In this document: piece by piece, positions 1-6,636 of the stretch
Position numbering within the stretch: the stretch's first letter is position 1
Layout: each line of letters begins with the position of its first letter
Origin: a candidate division WOR-3 bacterium
Lineage (GTDB): Bacteria > Hydrothermota > 32-111
Direction of reading: 5' to 3'
DNA: 64,000 nucleotides
Assembly (NCBI GenBank): GCA_039804105.1
Contig: JBDRZU010000001.1
Coordinates: 1,280,001-1,344,000 of the forward strand
The notes under the pieces: model-generated
Seen by the model: the letters and a program-made list of their open reading frames with translations, nothing else
What the model was told of the DNA's origin: nothing
The model's database searches: none
Program-made: the position numbers and the translations under genes

Positions 1-2
1 CA

Positions 3-518
3 CCTGAAAAGTGGTTTTTAATATATTCCGATAATACCTATTCTAAAATAGATAAGAAAGGGTTAATAATAGATTCCAGAATCGATGCATTATATTTGAA
101 AAAGGAAGAGAAATTATTATTTTTTTCTTATCGCAATGCAATAAAAATATTTGATTTAGGAAAATATTATCGAGAAGCAACCGAAGACGAGTTAAATTTG
201 TTTACAAAAGAAGAAATTTTTATATTTAATGAAGGTTTTGATAAAAATCTATTAAGCTCAAAAATGCGAAAAAAAATTTTTATGATACAAAAAAATGAGA
301 TCTTAACAAAAATTAAAAATAATTTTAACCAAGTAGTAAATTATGCTAAAAAATTAAACGTTGATGAAATGTTTGACAAAAACAATAAAAAAATCATTTT
401 TCCAAAAGAAAAGAAAAATATAGAAAAATTATTAAATTTTTTGAATGAGGATTTATACGAATCTCCTATTAGTGGTTTAATATACGAGACAAATTCAAAA
501 AAATTGGTAACTGAATAG
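3..518 (+). CDS. KwaB/DUF4868-like (Kiwa anti-phage) protein, 5'-truncated by the window edge
   Basis: Frame is open from position 3 (PEKWFLIYSDNTYSKIDKKGLIIDSRIDALY...). C-terminus LLNFLNEDLYESPISGLIYETNSKK resembles the KwaB/DUF4868 C-terminal motif. Confidence 0.6.
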   Translation, partial: PEKWFLIYSDNTYSKIDKKGLIIDSRIDALYLKKEEKLLFFSYRNAIKIFDLGKYYREATEDELNLFTKEEIFIFNEGFDKNLLSSKMRKKIFMIQKNEILTKIKNNFNQVVNYAKKLNVDEMFDKNNKKIIFPKEKKNIEKLLNFLNEDLYESPISGLIYETNSKKLVTE

Positions 519-695
519 ATTTATTAATTGAACTTTTTTTAACTAAGAAACAACTTTTAACTTTACGATCTATACTTGATTTTATTGAAGTGATATTTTT
601 AATTAAAGTTGGCTTATGTTGTTAAAAATTGCTTTGTTGGTTTAGAAAAAAGGATAAAGTTGTTTAAAAGTATAAAGATAAAAAGTAAACTATTA

Positions 696-1595
696 TTAAT
701 TTTTAGTACTTGACAAAATATAGTAGATTGAACTTACTTGATTCACGTATGATTCATCTGGATTATATCCATAAAAAATTAATTCAATGTTGTTAAGATC
801 GATTTTTTTATATAGATCAATTAAAATTTTTAATCCTTCTTTTAAACTTTCTTCATCACTTAAAGGTTTAATCGATTTTACTTGCATAATACCAGTAGTT
901 CTTGATTTTTTGCTAAAAAAGAAAAACTTATTTTCTAAAATTCTTATAAATTTTGGCCTATTAAAATTTTCATATATCATAATTGAGAGAATAATGTTTT
1001 TTAAGTTAGGATCTTCAATTTCATTTAAAATTTTAGAAAAATTTTTCTTTAATTTTTGTGCCATTTTGATGATGTAATTTTTTTTTACGTAATCATCCCT
1101 TTGGGAAGTAGAATAATTTTTGTAATTAAAAATACTATAAATATATAAAATTATCAATAACCATAATTCATTTGAAAGTGATTTAATATCAGGAATAATT
1201 AGGTTTTTATTTTTCAGAAGTTTAAAATATGTTATTAAAGAAAATAAAATTATTAAAATGTCGTTTAGTATTTCTTTTTTCCAATTCGTTAAGTAAACTC
1301 TATCGAAAAAAAATTTATAAAAAATTCTTAATAGTATATAAAAAACAGAGACAAAATAAATGTTTTCTATTAAAAAATTAAAATTTAATACATAAAAAAA
1401 AGCAGATATTATAAACAAAAAAATTGAAGGACCTAAAATTTTATAGACAAAATTAAAAGCAGGAGAGTAAAATTGATCATTTTCAAAATTTAAAGGTTCA
1501 TAACCATAAAAAGAGGATTTTTTTCCAAAAAAATTTATAAAAAAGAACAATATAAAAGAAAAAATTAAATGAAAAACAATTTTAATAATTACCAT
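696..1595 (-). CDS. Multi-pass membrane protein with a C-terminal lysozyme/SLT-like domain
   Basis: About 5 hydrophobic helices at the N-terminus, then IMIYEN...TTGIMQV...YGYN, matching the spacing of the E / GxMQ / YN lysozyme-fold motifs. Confidence 0.45.
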   Translation of the reverse strand: MVIIKIVFHLIFSFILFFFINFFGKKSSFYGYEPLNFENDQFYSPAFNFVYKILGPSIFLFIISAFFYVLNFNFLIENIYFVSVFYILLRIFYKFFFDRVYLTNWKKEILNDILIILFSLITYFKLLKNKNLIIPDIKSLSNELWLLIILYIYSIFNYKNYSTSQRDDYVKKNYIIKMAQKLKKNFSKILNEIEDPNLKNIILSIMIYENFNRPKFIRILENKFFFFSKKSRTTGIMQVKSIKPLSDEESLKEGLKILIDLYKKIDLNNIELIFYGYNPDESYVNQVSSIYYILSSTKN

Positions 1596-1708
1596 ATTAA
1601 AAATTTTAATAGATTTTTTTTAAAGTTCAAGATACTGATTAAAAATATTATTATAAGGAAGGTTTTTGAAAAAATATGTGATATCTTTCATTTTAGTTGT
1701 TAACTTTC

Positions 1709-1738
1709 AGGGACGGTGCTTGACTTTTTGACATTTTT
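1709..1738 (+). repeat. 30-bp module-boundary repeat, copy 1 (one mismatch)
   Basis: AGGGACGGTGCTTGACTTTTTGACATTTTT. Confidence 0.95.
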
Positions 1739-1799
1739 GGGGTAATGCTGAAAAAATAATAACTTAAAGGAAATAGGAGATAACTGAAAATTATTGTTT

Positions 1800-1821
1800 T
1801 GTCAGATTAAAATATCTGACA
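1800..1821. promoter_or_regulatory. Perfect inverted repeat TGTCAGAT-N6-ATCTGACA, possible operator
   Basis: Palindrome read directly in the intergenic DNA upstream of the 1972-3806 genes; function inferred. Confidence 0.35.
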
Positions 1822-1971
1822 TGCTTTATGAAAAACTTTATCAATTATTTCAGAAACGAGAGGTATTTTTTTAGATTAATTTGTTTTGATTTATACTAAA
1901 ATAAATTTTTAAGAACAAAATTTTTTATTTTATTAATTGACAAAATAAAAATTCTAATTAAATTATCACTA

Positions 1972-2394
1972 ATGAATTTTATTAATTTAATTAAAATTCA
2001 AAAAAATAACATAGAAATCATTTTACCCCTTGTTTTTGAAAAAAATAAAATTGAATTAAAAGAGAAATTCCAATCTATCTTGGAAACAGAGAATTTTAAT
2101 GTTTTTTGGATTAAAGAAATATTTAAAAACTACAGGGAATTAAAAGTTTTTTTAGAAGAAAAAAATTACAACTTTAAAACAGAAATAAGTATAAATTTTA
2201 AGAAAACAGAGTTTAAAAATAGAACTTATTTTGTAACAATATACAGGACAAGTTTGGTAGGTTTTTCTTCTTTTAATTTTGAAGGGTTTTTGTTAAATGT
2301 TGGAGAAAATTATGATATTGTTAAATGGCTTATAAAATGTAATAAACCTTTCAAAAGAAGGAGGGAGCAAAATGGTTTTTTCCAAAAGATGTAA
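1972..2394 (+). CDS. Hypothetical protein
   Basis: 140-aa ORF preceded by TTGACA(1937)-16-TAAATT(1959); overlaps the next gene. Confidence 0.55.
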   Translation: MNFINLIKIQKNNIEIILPLVFEKNKIELKEKFQSILETENFNVFWIKEIFKNYRELKVFLEEKNYNFKTEISINFKKTEFKNRTYFVTIYRTSLVGFSSFNFEGFLLNVGENYDIVKWLIKCNKPFKRRREQNGFFQKM

Positions 2395-3229
2395 AAATTT
2401 AATTGGTTTAAGAAACCTGGAATTAGAATTTAATGAAACAATCAGGAATAGAATTTATAAGCTAATGGAAAAATTTAATTTAAGTCTAGAAAGAGTTACA
2501 GAAAGTAATTATAATTATGTAATTTATTGTTTTGATGAATTAGTTGAAAATATTAAATACACTTATGGTATTATTGAAAATAATATTGATATAAAAAATA
2601 TCATACATGATTCATCGACTTACTATCTATTTGATATAGTTGAATTATTTTATAATGTTTTAAAAGAGAAAAATGAAGAAAATAATTTTGAGAAAAGGTT
2701 TAATGAAATAATGAAAGAAGAAAAACTTCCATGGATAATGTCAGAGGGAGAAATAATTCAGATATCTTCTATATATCATCAAGAAGTAATCCTGAAACCT
2801 TTAATTTCTTTGTTAAACAAAAGTAAATTTAAAGGTGCAGAAGAGGAACTTATAGAATCATTAAAATTTTTGACAGGAGGAGAATATAAAGAAGCAATAA
2901 ACAATGCCTGGAAAGCAACAGAAAGTATTATTAAGTGTATTACAAAAACCCCAGAAGCAAAACCTGGAGAACTTATTGAAAAAATTAGTAAAATGGATTT
3001 TATTCCAATTGAGTTACAAAAATCGATAGATGACTTTATTTCTGGAGTTTCTTGTTTAAGAAGTTTTAGTGGTTCAGTTCATGGACAGGGAGAGAAAAAT
3101 ATTGATATACCTCAAAATTTTGCAGAATTAGTTATTAATGTAAACGCTACTCTAATGTTATATTTGATAAAAAGTTATAATGATAAAAAAGAAGAAAAAG
3201 AAAAAATAAAAGAAGATATTACTTTTTGA
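2372..3229 (+). CDS. AbiJ-like abortive infection protein (AbiJ-N-type N-terminus + Abi_C/HEPN C-terminus)
   Basis: N-terminal FSKR...IRNRI; C-terminal AINNAWKATESIIK and LRSFSGSVHGQG (HEPN R-x6-H); GGAGG RBS upstream. Confidence 0.7.
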   Translation: MVFSKRCKNLIGLRNLELEFNETIRNRIYKLMEKFNLSLERVTESNYNYVIYCFDELVENIKYTYGIIENNIDIKNIIHDSSTYYLFDIVELFYNVLKEKNEENNFEKRFNEIMKEEKLPWIMSEGEIIQISSIYHQEVILKPLISLLNKSKFKGAEEELIESLKFLTGGEYKEAINNAWKATESIIKCITKTPEAKPGELIEKISKMDFIPIELQKSIDDFISGVSCLRSFSGSVHGQGEKNIDIPQNFAELVINVNATLMLYLIKSYNDKKEEKEKIKEDITF

Positions 3230-3245
3230 TAAAAGGGGGGATAAG

Positions 3246-3806
3246 TTGAAGGCAAAAGTCAAAAAATTTTTCGTTTTTTTTGTTGTTTCATTTATTTTAA
3301 TTATTTTTTTTATTGTTTCTATAATTAATTTTCGTTTTTTTATTAAACATCTTCAGATTATAAAAGATTTTCTAACAGTGCTTCAACTATTAACAATAAT
3401 TATAATTTCAATTTTTTCTGCCTGGTGGACATATAAAACTTTTGGTGAAAAAGAAAGAAGAGAAGAGATAAGAAAAATCAAAAAAACAATCATGGATTCT
3501 CTTATAAGAGTAGTGAATTATATTGAAACTACTAAATTAGTCGAGAAAAAAAATAAAGATTTACCGGGCTTTCCCTTTAAATGTAGAATGGAACTAAGAA
3601 ATTTAATAGTTCCAATTTTTATTGAATTAGAGACATTGGTTTATTTTGATAAAAATAAAAAAGAAAAATTGAAAAATGAACTTTTTACAATTGCTTCTTA
3701 TGAAAATGTTAAAGATTATATAATTGATGAAAGAAAAGATGTTAAACTTGAAGAGAATAATCCCATAGTCCAAAAATTTGAAGAATGGATTAGATTAATA
3801 AATTAG
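3246..3806 (+). CDS. Hypothetical protein with two N-terminal TM helices
   Basis: TTG start after AAGGGGG RBS; two hydrophobic stretches. Confidence 0.65.
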   Translation: MKAKVKKFFVFFVVSFILIIFFIVSIINFRFFIKHLQIIKDFLTVLQLLTIIIISIFSAWWTYKTFGEKERREEIRKIKKTIMDSLIRVVNYIETTKLVEKKNKDLPGFPFKCRMELRNLIVPIFIELETLVYFDKNKKEKLKNELFTIASYENVKDYIIDERKDVKLEENNPIVQKFEEWIRLIN

Positions 3807-3832
3807 GTCTTTTTTGGAGGATTATGTCCTTC

Positions 3833-3862
3833 GGGGACGGTGCTTGACTTTTTGACATTTTT
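3833..3862 (+). repeat. 30-bp module-boundary repeat, copy 2
   Basis: GGGGACGGTGCTTGACTTTTTGACATTTTT exact. Confidence 0.97.
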
Positions 3863-3898
3863 ATAATACTATCGATAAAACAATAACTTAAAGGAGGG

Positions 3899-5122
3899 GT
3901 GATGGAGAAAAATTTTATCGTTTGTCCCAAATGTAAAACAGAGATTGATGTTAATGAAGTTTTGTATTCACAGATTGAGGAGAGTTTAAAAAAAGATTTT
4001 GAAGCAAGATTAAAAGAGAAAGAAGAAAAGTTGAAAAAAGAATTTGAAAATCTCCAGAAAGCACAAGAAGATTTTGAAAAAAAGATAAAAGAAAAGGTGG
4101 AAGAAAAATTAATTGCTGAAAAAAAGGAACTTGAAAAGAAAATAAAAAAGGACTATGAGGTTGAATATTCTTCACAGATTGAAGAGTTTAAAAAAACACT
4201 TGAAGAAAAATCAAATCAAGTAAAAGAGTTGAATAAAACGAAAGCGGAGATAGAAAGGTTAAAGAGAGAAAAAGAGGAGTTAAGAGATCAAATAATACTT
4301 GAAAAAGAAAAAGAATTGAATGAGAAATTGAGAGCAGAAAGAGAAAGAATAAGAAAAACTATTGAAGAAGATATTTATATGAAAATGAAAGAAAAAGATA
4401 AACTTATTGAGGATTTAAAAAAAGAAATAGAAAATGCAAAAAGAAAAGCGGAACAGGGCTCAGTGCAAATTCAAGGAGAGGTTCAGGAACTTGAAATAGA
4501 AAAAATTTTGAAAGAAAATTTTCCAGATGACAAAATTGAGCCAATTGAGAAAGGGAAAAGTGGAGCAGATGTGTTGCAAATAATAATTGAGAAAGGAAGG
4601 CAAATTGGAAAGATATATTATGAAAGTAAAAGAACAAAAACTTTTGGTAAAGATTGGATAAAAAAACTAAAAGAAGATAATCTTGAAAAGAAAGCAGATC
4701 TTCTTGTGTTGGTTACAGATGCATTTCCTGATGGGCATAAGAATTTCTTCAACATGGAAGGTGTCTGGGTATGTTCGCTTGAAGAGTTAAAACCGCTTGC
4801 GATGATTTTAAGGCATATGCTGGTTCAAATCAATTTACAGAAGAATATTCAAAGCAATCGAAAAGAAAAAGCAGAAATTTTGTATGATTATATAACAAGC
4901 AATGAGTTTAAAAATCAATTTGAAGCAATTGTGAACGGTTTTGTTGAACTAAAAAAAGGGTATGATGATGAAAAATTGAAAATGCAAAAAATCTGGAAAG
5001 AAAGAGAGAAACAACTTGAAATGATACTTTCAAATGCTGCTGGTTTATATGGATCTTTTAAAGGTTATCTTGGCGGTTCAATGAAAGAGATAAAGTTATT
5101 GGAAAGTGAAGAGAAAAAATAA
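3899..5122 (+). CDS. DUF2130 family coiled-coil protein with a C-terminal PD-(D/E)xK-like region
   Basis: N-terminal CPKC..EIDVNE, long coiled coil, GSVQIQGEVQELEIE, GADVLQ...IYYESKRTK..W motifs; AAGGAGG RBS. Confidence 0.85.
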   Translation: MMEKNFIVCPKCKTEIDVNEVLYSQIEESLKKDFEARLKEKEEKLKKEFENLQKAQEDFEKKIKEKVEEKLIAEKKELEKKIKKDYEVEYSSQIEEFKKTLEEKSNQVKELNKTKAEIERLKREKEELRDQIILEKEKELNEKLRAERERIRKTIEEDIYMKMKEKDKLIEDLKKEIENAKRKAEQGSVQIQGEVQELEIEKILKENFPDDKIEPIEKGKSGADVLQIIIEKGRQIGKIYYESKRTKTFGKDWIKKLKEDNLEKKADLLVLVTDAFPDGHKNFFNMEGVWVCSLEELKPLAMILRHMLVQINLQKNIQSNRKEKAEILYDYITSNEFKNQFEAIVNGFVELKKGYDDEKLKMQKIWKEREKQLEMILSNAAGLYGSFKGYLGGSMKEIKLLESEEKK

Positions 5123-5154
5123 AAAAATTATTAAATTATAGAATTTGTAAAATT

Positions 5155-5184
5155 GGGGACGGTGCTTGACTTTTTGACATTTTT
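5155..5184 (+). repeat. 30-bp module-boundary repeat, copy 3
   Basis: Exact copy. Confidence 0.97.
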
Positions 5185-5233
5185 GAAATAATAATGAAAA
5201 TTTTTAAACAAAGACAAAAAGACAAATAAAAAA

Positions 5234-6361
5234 TTATACTGCCAAACTTGAAAGGTACTCTCCTGCTGGAATAATTTTTATTCCATCTTTTTTTAATTCA
5301 TATTTTAGATTATGAACGAGTTGAATATATTCTAATTGAGGAAACAACTTTTTAAAATATAATAAATTTTTATCAGGATTATCATCTGAAAGTTTTACTT
5401 CAACCATTTGAATAATTTTGTTGTTTTCAGTTATTACAAAATCAATTTCTTTTTTTTCTTTTGTCCTTATGTAATGAAGTTGAAGATCTTTGCCTTCTGA
5501 GTCCTGTAAAAATTGGCAATGTTTCAAAAGTGAAACAGCAACAGTGTTTTCAAGTTTTAAACCATCATCTTTGTCAATAAAACCGGAGTCAAAAAAATAA
5601 ACTTTTGGTTCTTTTAAAATTGAACGAGAAATATTTTTATGAAAAGGTCTTATTAGGAAAATTATATTCAATGCTTCAAGAATAAAAATGTATTTTTTGA
5701 CTGTGTTTACAGAAATCTGTAAATCCTGAGCAAGAGATGAATAAGAAATTGGGGAACCAACTCTATCTTTGAGTAAATACAAAAGAGTTTTAATCGATCT
5801 TATTTCGAGAATTTTTGCAAAATCAAGGACATCTGTAGTTATTATATCTGAATAATATTCTTTTCTCCATCTTTGAGATTCTGTTTCTGAGTCAGAAAGA
5901 AAAGGTTCAGGAAAACCACCAAATTTGTTTAATTTTTCTACAGCATCATAAGGTTTTAAAATATGTTGAAGTTCTTTTACTGAAAATGGAAAAAGATGAT
6001 ATAAATAATATCTTCCTGCGAGTGAATCACCTGTGTGTTTAAAGATGTCAAGTTTTGCACTACCAGTTATTAAAAGTTTCTGTTTTTTTTCTTTTGTATC
6101 ATAGACACCTTTTAGATAGTTTTTCCACTTTTCAAGTTTTTGAATTTCATCTAAAACGACGAGTTGAGTATCAAGTGTCCATTCCTTGTTTAGAATAGTT
6201 CTTTTATCTTTTATATCGTCAAAATTTAAATAAATGCTCTTTTGGAAATTTTTTAAAATCTCCTTTGAAAGATAAGTTTTTCCAACTTGACGTGGTCCAG
6301 TTAAAATGACCATCTTTTTATTCAAATCTTTTAAAATAAATCGTTGCAAATACCTTTCCAT
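5234..6361 (-). CDS. AAA_14 ATPase + DUF4143 protein, copy A
   Basis: GPRQVGKT Walker A, LDEIQ Walker B, TGS..., SLAGR, KxYFFDSG, EIDF..EVK. Start set at ATG 6361 by alignment with copy B. Confidence 0.9.
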   Translation of the reverse strand: MERYLQRFILKDLNKKMVILTGPRQVGKTYLSKEILKNFQKSIYLNFDDIKDKRTILNKEWTLDTQLVVLDEIQKLEKWKNYLKGVYDTKEKKQKLLITGSAKLDIFKHTGDSLAGRYYLYHLFPFSVKELQHILKPYDAVEKLNKFGGFPEPFLSDSETESQRWRKEYYSDIITTDVLDFAKILEIRSIKTLLYLLKDRVGSPISYSSLAQDLQISVNTVKKYIFILEALNIIFLIRPFHKNISRSILKEPKVYFFDSGFIDKDDGLKLENTVAVSLLKHCQFLQDSEGKDLQLHYIRTKEKKEIDFVITENNKIIQMVEVKLSDDNPDKNLLYFKKLFPQLEYIQLVHNLKYELKKDGIKIIPAGEYLSSLAV

Positions 6362-6464
6362 ATTAACTAATATAGAATACTTTGCAAAAAAGTCAAGATT
6401 ATTTTGCAAAGAACTGCAAAAAAGTCAAGATTATAAATTGTTTATAAATAAAAAATTTTATTTC

Positions 6465-6494
6465 GGGGACGGTGCTTGACTTTTTGACATTTTT
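6465..6494 (+). repeat. 30-bp module-boundary repeat, copy 4
   Basis: Exact copy. Confidence 0.97.
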
Positions 6495-6563
6495 GGGAAT
6501 AAGCAGTTGAAAATGCTTATCAATAAAGGAGTTTGAGAGTTTTGGAAACAAGGATAAGAAACT

Positions 6564-6592
6564 AAAAAAAGGGGTAATTTTTGCCCCTTTTT
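6564..6592 (-). terminator. Intrinsic terminator downstream of the LVIVD gene
   Basis: A7-GGGGTAA-TTT-TTGCCCC-T5 hairpin with flanking A/T tracts. Confidence 0.7.
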
Positions 6593-6636
6593 ATTGTGGA
6601 TGACAAATATTTAAAAGTTTTCTAAACCTGTAGATA

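Noticed and set aside
519..695. Possible additional boundary site or attC between the KwaB-like gene and the membrane gene
   Set aside because: No copy of the 30-mer is present, only a weak AT-rich inverted match (CAACTTT...AAAGTTG) expected by chance.
6362..6409. 16-aa N-terminal extension of AAA copy A from the ORF track
   Set aside because: It runs through the promoter boxes; copy B starts at the equivalent MERYLQ.
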